Positions 9,594-18,763 of a DNA stretch of 64,000 nt are shown here, piece after piece. The notes beneath the pieces are model-generated. The model was not told the DNA's origin. It worked only from the letters and a program-made list of their open reading frames with translations, and searched no databases. How positions within the stretch are numbered: position 1 is the stretch's first letter; each line of letters opens with the position of its first letter. The stretch is from the IMG/VR virus record IMGVR_UViG_3300042897_000994, positions 32,001 to 96,000 of that record; one strand, 5' to 3'. Source of the DNA: a virus. The position numbers and the translations under genes are program-made.

Positions 9594-10667
9594 ATGCCAA
9601 CAAAATTGTCTACAGACAAAATAAGTCGGGAAGAGATAACTCTGAAGATTGAGCAGGTCTTAGACAGATGTCACGGCAATTTAGAAAAAAGAAGAGCAAG
9701 AGAATCTCACAGCAGGCTTAATTTTGCTTGTCCATATTGCGGAGATTCTTCTTCAGACATGAGAAAGAAGAGGGGCAACCTATACTGGGAGTCCCTCTCT
9801 TTCCATTGTTTTAATTGTAATAAACATCGAGATCTAGATGCATTTTTACGTGATTTTGATAATGGCTTCGAAGGAGAAAAAAGGCTAAGCTTAGTAAATT
9901 TCTTGAGAGAAAGAGCTACTTACAACATACCTAAAACTCTAGACTTTTATCTTTTTCAGAAAATAGAAGAGCTCGCAATTACCAAAGCAGAATTATTTTC
10001 TGCTCTCAATGTTTATCCGATAAATTCAAATACAAAACGAGCATATCCATATCTACAAAGCAGACTGTTAACTCATCGCCTTGAAAATTTTGGATATGAT
10101 CCAAAGAGAAGAACTCTATATGTATTTAATTTTAATTCTGATAAAACTAAGATCATAGGTTATCAGACTCGTTATTTAGAAGATTCTGCTTCCAAATATT
10201 TGAGTTATAATCTTTTTAGAATGAGAGAAAAATTGAATCAACCTGAAGTAGAAATAAATGATACTGATAAAGATTCAATAAATAGAATATCAATGCTGTT
10301 TGGTATTCTGCAAATAGATCTTTCTCGAATCTTCACCATCTTCGAAGGCCCCATAGATGCAATGTTTATGAAAAATTCTTTGGCTTTAACTGGAGTAAGC
10401 AAAAGCACATTTAACTTTGATGAACTTGATTCTGTAAGGTACATGTTAGATAATGATTATGAAGGAAAGAGAAAAATGGTTGAAAAACTAAAACTTGGAA
10501 AAAAGGTTTTTATGTGGAGAAAGTTTATTGAAGAAAATAGACTCTCTAGACATAAAATTAAGGACTTAAACGATTTAGTTAAAGTTGCATATAAAGAAAA
10601 AAGAGATGTTTTGAGAGAAATCAATCTTTATTTTACAGATAACTCAAAAGATCTAATATATGTATGA
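9594..10667 (+). CDS. gp61: DNA primase (T4 gp61-like)
   Basis: Zn ribbon NFACPYCGDS..FHCFNC; TOPRIM motifs FEGPIDAMF, LDND, KDLND. Confidence 0.9.
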   Translation: MPTKLSTDKISREEITLKIEQVLDRCHGNLEKRRARESHSRLNFACPYCGDSSSDMRKKRGNLYWESLSFHCFNCNKHRDLDAFLRDFDNGFEGEKRLSLVNFLRERATYNIPKTLDFYLFQKIEELAITKAELFSALNVYPINSNTKRAYPYLQSRLLTHRLENFGYDPKRRTLYVFNFNSDKTKIIGYQTRYLEDSASKYLSYNLFRMREKLNQPEVEINDTDKDSINRISMLFGILQIDLSRIFTIFEGPIDAMFMKNSLALTGVSKSTFNFDELDSVRYMLDNDYEGKRKMVEKLKLGKKVFMWRKFIEENRLSRHKIKDLNDLVKVAYKEKRDVLREINLYFTDNSKDLIYV

Positions 10668-10872
10668 CAAGGTAATGGAAGATCTCGATAAATTTTTCGA
10701 TGAAAAAAATAATAGAGATAAAAAATTGAAATTTTTTGTTGAAATCGAGACTTCTGATGTTAATATAGAAGAACACCCCTTTATCTTTCCAGAACCAATC
10801 CAAAAGAAAAAAACTATAGTCAGGGTTGCGACTAAAAGAAAGGGTAAAGATAGCAAAGATAATCTATTCTAA
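10660..10872 (+). CDS. small protein with a C-terminal -NLF tail
   Basis: 70 aa, overlaps both neighbours. Confidence 0.55.
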   Translation: MYDKVMEDLDKFFDEKNNRDKKLKFFVEIETSDVNIEEHPFIFPEPIQKKKTIVRVATKRKGKDSKDNLF

Positions 10873-11312
10873 TGAATCGTGAAGAACTAGAAGCAAAAAC
10901 TCTTGAATTAGAAGAAACTCTAATCCGCGACAGAGATAAATGGAGCAATAAGATTAGAGAACTTATTGCTATGATGAAGAATGTAAATGACATTCCAGAA
11001 GCACAAGTATATATGCTTTCTTATCGTCAAATGCTACTTGATTCTATTTCTTCTTTTCAAACAAGCTTATACAAAAAGAATGTTAGCTTTGATACTTACT
11101 ATAAAAAGAAATTTAGAGAATACACTCTAGATTACGACATAAAATTGAACGGAGGTGAAAAGGAAAAGATGATTAGAGCCGATTTAACCCTCGTTCAAAG
11201 ACAAATACATCTTCTGGAATCTCATATTGATTATTACAGGGAGTGCATCAGAACTCTAGATAATATGGGGTTTGCTATTAGAAATAGAATAAGAGTTGCA
11301 GAAGAGTTTTAA
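10872..11312 (+). CDS. uvsY: recombination mediator UvsY-like
   Basis: Helical 146 aa, C-terminal LDNMGFAIRNRI, directly upstream of UvsW. Confidence 0.7.
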   Translation: MNREELEAKTLELEETLIRDRDKWSNKIRELIAMMKNVNDIPEAQVYMLSYRQMLLDSISSFQTSLYKKNVSFDTYYKKKFREYTLDYDIKLNGGEKEKMIRADLTLVQRQIHLLESHIDYYRECIRTLDNMGFAIRNRIRVAEEF

Positions 11313-11326
11313 AAAAATAAAGAAAA

Positions 11327-12835
11327 ATGGATTTAAGACTTTCTGATGATAAGAGATTTTTAATCATTGAAAGTTGTACTGAAATGGAGTACGAACAGCT
11401 AAAGCTGTCTCTGACTAAAAAGATCGATGGCTGGAGATTTCACCCTCTAGTTAAAAAGAAATTATGGGACGGAAATATCAGTTTCATAAAAGGAAATAAA
11501 ATTCCGGCAGGTCTCTGGAAAGAGGTACTCGACATTGGCCAAGAATATAGTTTCGTGGTTAATATGAAAGGTACAACTATACTTTTTGATTCTGAAATCA
11601 AAGAAGAAGAATTTATTGCATGGGCAACTGAATTCTTCAAAAAACATCCTAAATACAAACCGAGGGACTATCAAATTCAAGCAGCTTATAGAATTTTAAG
11701 ATATAGAAGATGTCTTGCAGAGCTCGCAACATCAGCCGGAAAGACTCTTATATCTTTTATGGTAATTGCGTATTTGTTAGAAGTTTTAAAGAAAAAGAGA
11801 ATACTCTTTATTGTTCCTAACGTATCTCTGGTTCTTCAAGCAACCGAAGATTTTGATGAATATAATTTAAAAGAGAGAGTACCTCTCAAAATTCAGCAAA
11901 TTTACGCAGGTGCAAAAATTAAAGCAAGTTCTAATATTGTAGTTGGAACATATCAATCTCTGGTCAAAAAGCCTGCAGATTATTATGAGAGCTTTGATGT
12001 AGTTATGATCGATGAAACTCACAAAGCAAAATCAAATTCAATAAGATCGATTCTTGATCAGTGCTGGCACTGTGATTATAGATTTGGTCTTTCTGGAACA
12101 ATTCCTAAAAGAGGAACTGTAGACAGATTAACCCTGATGGCATGTACTGGGCCTCTTATCACAAATGTAAGTGCTAATTATCTTCAGCAAGAAGGCCACG
12201 TTTCTCTTTGTAAAGTTCATATTTTTGAAATGGATTATGCTTCTAACGAACAAAAAGAAGCTTTCTATTTCTTGTCAAAAACTCCAGAAGACAGAAAAAA
12301 GCTTTTTTCCCTAGAACAGAATTTTATAGTAGGTTCTTTAAAAAGAAGAGAATTTATCACTAAAGTAATTGCTAGTTCGACGAACAATAGCTTGGTTTTA
12401 TTCTATCGAATTGAACAAGGAGAAGCCTTGTATAATGAGCTAAGACAACTTCCAGACAAAGAAGTCTACTATGTAGACGGCGGAACTGATAAGGATATCA
12501 GAGAAGTTTATAAGAAGAAAATGGAAGGTGGAGATAATGTAATTCTAGTTGCCTCATTTGGAACCTTTTCAACCGGTATCTCTGTACAAAACATTCATAA
12601 TATCTTCTTAACCGAATCTTTTAAATCTGAAGTAATTATCAGGCAGTCTATCGGTAGAGGTTTGAGAAAGCACAGCTCAAAATCAATGTTGAATATCATC
12701 GATTTTGTAGATGATTTTCGCTACAATGAAGGCGGCAAATATTGGACCAATTACTTATATAAACATTCAGAAACTCGAATAGAGATCTACAAAGACCAGA
12801 AGTTTCCGTATGAAGTGAAAAAATTCAAATTCTAA
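11327..12835 (+). CDS. uvsW: SF2 DNA helicase UvsW-like
   Basis: WDGNISF, PRDYQ, ATSAGKT, DETH, GLSGT, FSTGIS, QSIGRGLR. Confidence 0.92.
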   Translation: MDLRLSDDKRFLIIESCTEMEYEQLKLSLTKKIDGWRFHPLVKKKLWDGNISFIKGNKIPAGLWKEVLDIGQEYSFVVNMKGTTILFDSEIKEEEFIAWATEFFKKHPKYKPRDYQIQAAYRILRYRRCLAELATSAGKTLISFMVIAYLLEVLKKKRILFIVPNVSLVLQATEDFDEYNLKERVPLKIQQIYAGAKIKASSNIVVGTYQSLVKKPADYYESFDVVMIDETHKAKSNSIRSILDQCWHCDYRFGLSGTIPKRGTVDRLTLMACTGPLITNVSANYLQQEGHVSLCKVHIFEMDYASNEQKEAFYFLSKTPEDRKKLFSLEQNFIVGSLKRREFITKVIASSTNNSLVLFYRIEQGEALYNELRQLPDKEVYYVDGGTDKDIREVYKKKMEGGDNVILVASFGTFSTGISVQNIHNIFLTESFKSEVIIRQSIGRGLRKHSSKSMLNIIDFVDDFRYNEGGKYWTNYLYKHSETRIEIYKDQKFPYEVKKFKF

Positions 12836-12863
12836 AGATATATAAAAAAAATTATTTTTAAGG

Positions 12864-13697
12864 ATGCAACCAATACAGAAATTTTCTGATTACTTCAAAG
12901 GTTATCAGACTACACAAGAAGCTATTCGCGAAGCAGATCTTCAAAAAGAATACGGTGAAGTTTTCATGTCTCTTTTGAAAAAATATGGAGTTAGTAGTCC
13001 AGCAGAGCTAGACGAAGAAAAGAAGAAAGAATTTTTCGATGAAATCGGAGGTCTTTATAAAAAGGGAGAAGGTCAAACTGCTAAGGGCGAAGAATTAGTA
13101 GACACTGAAAAACCTGAGCCCGTTAAAGAAGAGGAAAATGAAGAAGAGGAAGAAGAAGACGAAGAAGGTGTGAAGATTCCTAAAAAGAAAGACGAAGAAA
13201 CAGCTGCAGAAATAGAAGCAGAAATCGATGATATGGGTGAACCTAAAGATTCTGAAGATAAAGGAGATGAAGTTCCTAAAGACTCAGAAGAAGTCGAGGT
13301 AGAAGTTGAAGAAGAACCTGCAGCACCAGAAGCTGGAACTGAGGTTGATAAAGAAGAAGATAAAGAAACTGACAAAGATATTGAAGCTGAGATTGATGCA
13401 ATGGGTGAACCTAAAGATTCTGAAGATAAAGGAGATGAAGTTCCCGCCGATGCTGAAGAAGTTGAAGTAGAAGTTGAAGAAGAACCTGCAGCACCAGAAG
13501 CTGGAACTGAGGTTGATAAAGAAGAAGATAAAGACACAGCAAAAGAAATCGAAGCTGATAAAGTTGAAATGGGTAAACCAAAGAAAGCTGTTATGAGTTT
13601 TGATGAATTTGTTTCTTCTAAGAATGAGTCTACTACCAAAGGAGAAGAATCCGAATTAGAGGATGAAGATTTGGATGATGTAGACGATCTTGGGTAA
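12864..13697 (+). CDS. highly acidic putative prohead-core/internal protein with 56-aa repeats
   Basis: N-terminal IQKFSDYF and LKKYGVSSPAEL..KKEFFDEI; Glu-rich; late motif at 12837. Confidence 0.6.
   Translation: MQPIQKFSDYFKGYQTTQEAIREADLQKEYGEVFMSLLKKYGVSSPAELDEEKKKEFFDEIGGLYKKGEGQTAKGEELVDTEKPEPVKEEENEEEEEEDEEGVKIPKKKDEETAAEIEAEIDDMGEPKDSEDKGDEVPKDSEEVEVEVEEEPAAPEAGTEVDKEEDKETDKDIEAEIDAMGEPKDSEDKGDEVPADAEEVEVEVEEEPAAPEAGTEVDKEEDKDTAKEIEADKVEMGKPKKAVMSFDEFVSSKNESTTKGEESELEDEDLDDVDDLG
13233..13580 (+). repeat. 168-bp (56-aa) tandem duplication inside the acidic protein
   Basis: ATGGGT(G/A)AACC starts at 13233, 13401 and 13569; the first two units are near-identical. Confidence 0.9.
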
Positions 13698-13712
13698 TCA
13701 CAAAAAAATGAA

Positions 13713-14843
13713 ATGAAGCACATTAAACTATTTGAAGAATTCTCGGCCACATTCGAGGCTCAAACCAAGCTAACACCTGAGCAAGAGAAGTTCTTAAATA
13801 GGTCAGTAGGAGGAACTTGGTCTTTGAATCCTCAGACAGGACTTGTTGATGTAGATGGCTATGTCAACTGTTCTAATGAGGGTCTACAAGATCTTAAAGG
13901 CGTCAGATTCGGGAACGTAAGTGGGAGTTTCTCGTGCAGCTATAATAAGCTCACAAGTCTGGCAGGAGCACCACAGACCGTTGGTAAGGATTTCCATTGT
14001 GATATGAATAAGCTCACCTCACTGGTGGGAGCACCACAGGCTGTTGGGGGGATAAATGCCTTTACTGTATCAGGCACTACGGGGAGTTTCTGGTGTATGA
14101 ACAATCAGCTCACCTCACTGGTGGGAGCACCGCAGGCTGTTGGCGGGGATTTCCGTTGTCATAACAATGTGCTCACCTCTCTAGAGGGAGCACCTCAGAC
14201 CGTTAAATGGGGTTTCCTTTGTAGTAACAATCAGCTCACCTCTCTAGTGGGAGCACCAAAGACCGTTGGTAAGGAATTCGATTGTAGTAACAATCAGCTC
14301 ACCTCACTGGTGGGAGCACCTCAGAAGGTTGGTGACGAATTCGATTGTAGAAATAATCCTCAACTTACCTCATTAGAAGGAGCGCCGAAAGCAAAGAGAA
14401 TTGCTAGTGATATTAATAAAACCACGGTGGCTCCGCGGTCTTTTTCTATTGCCAGCGAATTCGAGGATTATGAAAATGGCAAAACTTATGATCTACAGGG
14501 TGAATGGGAAGATTTTAATTTTTCTGTTAAAGGAGACACCGTAATCTTTTCTGGTAAAGCTTATATAGGTGATGTAAAAGGAAGTTATAGTGATAAAAGG
14601 GGTTTAGAAATGACCATGATGGTTGATATATTCACATTTGCAGATTGGTTTAAAGATAATCCTGTAAAGATCATATATAGAGTCAACAAAATCAAACCTG
14701 AAGATGTAATTGGTGATATTCATAACACCCTTGCCGCAATTAATGACTCTGGGACTGATTGGGAATCAGTAAAAGATGTTAGTAAATTTCTTAGAGATAA
14801 TGGATTAAAAACTACATCTAAAATATTAGAGCCTGAAGATTAA
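13713..14843 (+). CDS. LRR-like 21-aa repeat protein with capsid-targeting-like N-terminus
   Basis: MKHIKLFEEF start; seven FxCxxNxLTSLxGAPxxVGxx units. Confidence 0.75.
   Translation: MKHIKLFEEFSATFEAQTKLTPEQEKFLNRSVGGTWSLNPQTGLVDVDGYVNCSNEGLQDLKGVRFGNVSGSFSCSYNKLTSLAGAPQTVGKDFHCDMNKLTSLVGAPQAVGGINAFTVSGTTGSFWCMNNQLTSLVGAPQAVGGDFRCHNNVLTSLEGAPQTVKWGFLCSNNQLTSLVGAPKTVGKEFDCSNNQLTSLVGAPQKVGDEFDCRNNPQLTSLEGAPKAKRIASDINKTTVAPRSFSIASEFEDYENGKTYDLQGEWEDFNFSVKGDTVIFSGKAYIGDVKGSYSDKRGLEMTMMVDIFTFADWFKDNPVKIIYRVNKIKPEDVIGDIHNTLAAINDSGTDWESVKDVSKFLRDNGLKTTSKILEPED
13928..14388 (+). repeat. 63-bp coding tandem repeat (7 units, one with a 33-bp insertion)
   Basis: GCTCAC core at 13949, 14012, 14108, 14171, 14234 and 14297; degenerate at 14363. 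Confidence 0.9.
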
Positions 14844-14861
14844 TCAAAATTGATTCTAGAT

Positions 14862-14893
14862 AAAAAAGAGGTCACCTATGGCCTCTTTTTTTT
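14862..14893 (+). terminator. intrinsic terminator
   Basis: AAAAAAGAGGTCA-loop-TGGCCTCTTTTTTTT. Confidence 0.8.
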
Positions 14894-14946
14894 GTTTACA
14901 TAATTACTTATTATAATAAAAAAAGAATGCCCTAAAATGCACGAGA

Positions 14947-15402
14947 ATGAATTCGATGATTTTAATTGGTTCCCTGACCATCCCTTCAGTCAGCCCGCTA
15001 AACCTATTACAGGAACTATATCGGGAGAATCCCTGGAAGATGCTGGTATGTTGTCTATTTCTGAATCAGACAACCAGAAAGCAAGTCGACAAGATCCGTG
15101 AAGAATTTTTCTTAAGATATCCGTCTCCTCAAGATCTATTAAAAACTGGAGATGAAGAAATTGAAGATCTGATCAAATCTCTAGGGTTTAAAAGAGTTAG
15201 AACACAAAGACTAAAGAGATTCTCTCTAGAATTTATTTCTAAAGAATGGAAAGAACCTATTGAGTTACATGGAATAGGGAAGTATGCCCAAGAATCTTGG
15301 GAAATATTTCAGAAGCTCAACTTCAATGTTCAACCTACAGATGGAGCTTTAATCGATTATTTGAACTGGTTGGAAATATATAAAACAAATGGCAGGAATT
15401 AG
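14947..15402 (+). CDS. MBD4-like HhH DNA glycosylase (T:G/U:G mismatch type)
   Basis: SPLNLLQE..PWKMLVCCLFLNQT..YPS..LG..WKEPIELHGIGKY..SWEIF..VQPTD..L..YLNWL matches the MBD4 catalytic domain as I recall it; start codon uncertain. Confidence 0.8.
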   Translation: MNSMILIGSLTIPSVSPLNLLQELYRENPWKMLVCCLFLNQTTRKQVDKIREEFFLRYPSPQDLLKTGDEEIEDLIKSLGFKRVRTQRLKRFSLEFISKEWKEPIELHGIGKYAQESWEIFQKLNFNVQPTDGALIDYLNWLEIYKTNGRN

Positions 15403-16540
15403 TACATTAGATTCTTTTTACAAAAAAGAGGGAAAAGAAAAACTAGATAATCTTCTCAAGAATTATGTAGTGATAGTTGAGAAGTTTTCAGCTTGTAATT
15501 TTTACATTCAAAGATCGGGTGATCAGGTTTCTTTTTATAAGAAAGATGATCAAAACATGATAGGACTAATAGATAGAACTTTTACGCAATTATACGAAAA
15601 GGCTATTTCCCATTTTTTGAAATTTGACTCTACGGACTTTCCAGAAAACTATAGATTTGGTTTTGAATATTTTCCAAATAATAAACCCGGAGAGATTGAA
15701 TATATCAGTATTCCTGAAAATTCTTTAGTTCTAACGAGAATAATGATTAAAAATTCAGCAGGTAAAACTGTAAAAGTAATTGATGATGATAAAGTTCTAG
15801 AAAACTGGGCGAGCATTTTAGACGTTTCATACAACACTCCAATTTTTTCTGGTGAGCTTTCTGATAAACAGAGAAATACTCTTGTAGAAATGGTGATTAA
15901 TTCTTCAGACAATGTAAAACGTAAATTTCTTTCTCTTTTTGAATCATATGAAGCACCAGCTCAAAGTGACACTTTCGATTCATATATCTTTAAAATTGTT
16001 TCACCGGGATCTGTTAAAAAATATAAATTTGTAGATGTTTCTGTTCCTCTCACTGAAAAAACTTCACAAGAAGCAAGACGAGGTTCTGTGGATTCCGTTT
16101 CAATTTTAATCTTAGATGTTTTAGATTTTATCGAAAGTGAAGGACTTCCTCAACTGTTATCGGGCTCAAATGACGAGGAAAAATACATTGATCTTATTTC
16201 CCAACTGTACAATAGGTACATGAGTAAATATGAGAGTGGAGTTGCTGGAATGACTTTTGATAAAAAGGACTTTGCAGATTCTCCAGAGTTTGATGTTAAT
16301 TTAAACATGATTAAAAATCCAACAACTCTACGGTTTTTGGAAAAATCGGATACCAACAAGACTATATTTAAAATTCTTCTAAACTCATTTAGAAAGTATA
16401 GAGATACAGAAATGGCAAATGATGTCTTAACCCCACAGGTATTAAAAGACTTTAATCTTAGAGTTGATGAAATCAAATCTCTAAGCAAGAAAATCTCAAA
16501 TGATATAAAGACCTTTTCTGAATTTGTAGGTGATATATAA
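15389..16540 (+). CDS. divergent RNA-ligase-like (nucleotidyltransferase-fold) protein, possibly inactive
   Basis: VIVEKFSACNF occupies the EKxDGxN motif-I position, followed by FGFEYF and PIFSGEL; late motif at 15376. Confidence 0.45.
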   Translation: MAGISTLDSFYKKEGKEKLDNLLKNYVVIVEKFSACNFYIQRSGDQVSFYKKDDQNMIGLIDRTFTQLYEKAISHFLKFDSTDFPENYRFGFEYFPNNKPGEIEYISIPENSLVLTRIMIKNSAGKTVKVIDDDKVLENWASILDVSYNTPIFSGELSDKQRNTLVEMVINSSDNVKRKFLSLFESYEAPAQSDTFDSYIFKIVSPGSVKKYKFVDVSVPLTEKTSQEARRGSVDSVSILILDVLDFIESEGLPQLLSGSNDEEKYIDLISQLYNRYMSKYESGVAGMTFDKKDFADSPEFDVNLNMIKNPTTLRFLEKSDTNKTIFKILLNSFRKYRDTEMANDVLTPQVLKDFNLRVDEIKSLSKKISNDIKTFSEFVGDI

Positions 16541-16556
16541 AAAAATCCTATAAAAT

Positions 16557-18167
16557 ATGATAAGTAGTTTCGACGACTTTTTAGATGAAGGTAAAGTACA
16601 AGTTAAAAGACGGTATACTGAAAACTATCCGTCCAAACATGTTTATAGCGGAGCTAAAATCAGGAATGCAGTTCTTTCTGCAATTAAAGACGGCGTTGTA
16701 ACCGAAGAAGAATTTCAAAAGATTTTAGACGAAGCTGGAGCTTCTAGAATTTGGAAATACAAATACAATCATCTTTTTGACGTCAACGAAGACGGCGTAA
16801 AACTTTCATCAAAAGGTCTTAAACTCTGTCCTGTTGAAAGAATTGAAGAAGCTGATAAGATTGATGAAGTTTCAACTTCAATAGCTCAACAAAGACTAAT
16901 GGGAATGGCCTATGCCTTGAAAACGGGCGAAATGGACCCTGAGGATGCTAGTGATGAAGTAAAAGATTTAGCTAAAAACATGACAGTTAAACAGCTAAAA
17001 GATTTTGCATCTACCAAGCATAAAGGTCTTCCCTATAAAAAAGAAAATGAAAATCTTACATTACCAGATGTCCCCGGCATGGGAGCCGTTAAACTACCCG
17101 GAAACCCAGGAACATCTACACAGTTTGATAATCAAGAAACCGGATCTGGTGATATTCCTTACCCGATACCAAACAAGAAAAAAATGAAAAAAATGAAACT
17201 AATTCCAGAATCTTTTGAAGAGTTTTCAGAATCTCTAATCAATGAAGCATTTGCATCTTCTATTTTACAAAATTTAACTGCAGGAAAGTCAGATCTTAAC
17301 AAGAAATTTTTTGATGCATTGTCAAGAATGGGAATTGCTGCATCCGATATTGAAGATGATCAAATAATTGAATTGAAAACCAGCGATGCCAAAAAATATA
17401 CAAAGCAAAACCCCAATTCCATATTGATTTATTATTCTACTACAGAAAAGCCAAATCCGTTTGCTGGTAGTGGAGCATGGAGTAGTTCTAAAACTATCCC
17501 AGGTGATATGCCTTTAGCCGTTGTAAAAGATAAGATATACATGGGATTAAAATATGACAGATACTCTAGAGGAAGTAAACCAGAGTATTCTTTAGTTCAG
17601 AATCCAGGCGGCACTATAGGAATCGATAAAGCTGGAGGAACTTATGGTTCGGGATTAACGACATTAGATAAAATAGCAGCGGTGTCTGATATTGTGTATG
17701 TAATTGATCCTACTGTAATACCTTCTTCTTCTGCAAAAAGAGCAGAAAGAAAACAGTCTAGATCCGGAGCCACTGCATATGTTAGTGATAAAGATTTTAA
17801 AGCTCAAAATAAAGCAAGATACGATGTTATTCTAGCAGACAGAGCTTCTAAATTGCCACTAGATAAAGAAGTTGGTGAAGCTATCGATATTTTGGCTTCT
17901 CACATCAAAGATGCTATCTCTTCAGGAGCTAAAACTAGATATGGGGAAATCCTTATCGGTACAGATCCAAAAGGAAGAGAAATTAAAATGAGTGATGCCA
18001 GTAGCATCATGAGAAATCTTTTAGATGATTTTGGAAGATATGTAGATTATACAAATAAATCTGCAGAAGAAGGTAGTAGCAGATACTATGAAGCAGAATC
18101 TAAGCAATATGCTAAATCAGTTTCGGATAGACTTCGAAAAATTAAGAATAAAGACTATGCTTGGTAA
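16557..18167 (+). CDS. multidomain putative internal virion protein with a DUF3008-like segment
   Basis: MISSFDDFLDE start; STSIAQQRLMG..MTVKQLKDFASTKHKGLP; internal second tag ESFEEFSESLINE; late motif at 16532. Confidence 0.6.
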   Translation: MISSFDDFLDEGKVQVKRRYTENYPSKHVYSGAKIRNAVLSAIKDGVVTEEEFQKILDEAGASRIWKYKYNHLFDVNEDGVKLSSKGLKLCPVERIEEADKIDEVSTSIAQQRLMGMAYALKTGEMDPEDASDEVKDLAKNMTVKQLKDFASTKHKGLPYKKENENLTLPDVPGMGAVKLPGNPGTSTQFDNQETGSGDIPYPIPNKKKMKKMKLIPESFEEFSESLINEAFASSILQNLTAGKSDLNKKFFDALSRMGIAASDIEDDQIIELKTSDAKKYTKQNPNSILIYYSTTEKPNPFAGSGAWSSSKTIPGDMPLAVVKDKIYMGLKYDRYSRGSKPEYSLVQNPGGTIGIDKAGGTYGSGLTTLDKIAAVSDIVYVIDPTVIPSSSAKRAERKQSRSGATAYVSDKDFKAQNKARYDVILADRASKLPLDKEVGEAIDILASHIKDAISSGAKTRYGEILIGTDPKGREIKMSDASSIMRNLLDDFGRYVDYTNKSAEEGSSRYYEAESKQYAKSVSDRLRKIKNKDYAW

Positions 18168-18204
18168 CTTTATGCCTGTGTAGCATCATACTCTAAATTT
18201 CTTT

Positions 18205-18232
18205 AAGCTCGGTTTAGGCCGAGCTTTTTTTT
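18205..18232 (+). terminator. intrinsic terminator
   Basis: AAGCTCGG-loop-CCGAGCTT followed by a T run. Confidence 0.85.
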
Positions 18233-18252
18233 GTTAATTTCATAATAAGGTT

Positions 18253-18278
18253 AAACAATTGCAAGAGTTGTCATATAA
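18253..18278 (+). promoter_or_regulatory. AAAC-N17-TATAA promoter (dUTPase/polymerase operon)
   Basis: AAAC 18253-18256, TATAA 18274-18278. Confidence 0.6.
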
Positions 18279-18283
18279 ATTTT

Positions 18284-18763
18284 ATGGCAAATCAAGATAA
18301 TACATGTTCGGATCTTCACATCGAAGATTTTTGGGAAAGAAGAACGCAGTTTACAACCGATACCCTTGGTGATATTTTAAATTTACAGGCAGAAACTCAA
18401 AAAAATATTTATGAATATGATTTTGAGAATATGTCTCTTCGCGACATTATGAATTTCTGGCACATGAATACTCATGCTATGATCGATGAAATTCATGAAG
18501 CTACAGATGCTTTAGGTGGAATTAGAGACGGTTCTGGAAATGCGATTTGGAAAAGATGGAAAAAAGACTATAAAAAATTCGAATCTTTGAAGTTTTCCGA
18601 TTTAAGCGAAAATGATCAACTGGAATGTAAATTTGAAATTGTGGACATGCTTCACTTTTTTATGAATTATGCGGCTTCTATTGGAATGACTTCTCAAGAA
18701 ATGTACAATATGTATATGAGTAAGAATAAAGAGAATAGAGAAAGACAAAAGCGAGGATATTAA
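18284..18763 (+). CDS. dimeric all-alpha dUTPase / dNTP pyrophosphatase
   Basis: DEIHEA, WKRWK, FEIVDMLHF, YMSKNKENRERQ..GY. Confidence 0.8.
   Translation: MANQDNTCSDLHIEDFWERRTQFTTDTLGDILNLQAETQKNIYEYDFENMSLRDIMNFWHMNTHAMIDEIHEATDALGGIRDGSGNAIWKRWKKDYKKFESLKFSDLSENDQLECKFEIVDMLHFFMNYAASIGMTSQEMYNMYMSKNKENRERQKRGY

Noticed and set aside
13073-13750. 225-aa Ser-rich minus-strand ORF, and other minus-strand ORFs such as 36923..37399, 58472..58999 and 59906..60397
   Set aside because: These are antisense shadows of biased or repetitive plus-strand genes, with no promoter motif or recognisable domain
13949-14320. CRISPR-like geometry (about 24-nt semi-palindromic repeat, about 39-nt spacers)
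   Set aside because: The period is exactly 63 nt in frame, the spacers resemble each other and encode conserved VG..F.C..N, and there are no cas genes. It is a coding repeat.
13713-14843. Diversity-generating retroelement target
   Set aside because: Differences between repeats are not adenine-specific, and there is no reverse transcriptase or non-coding template repeat in the window
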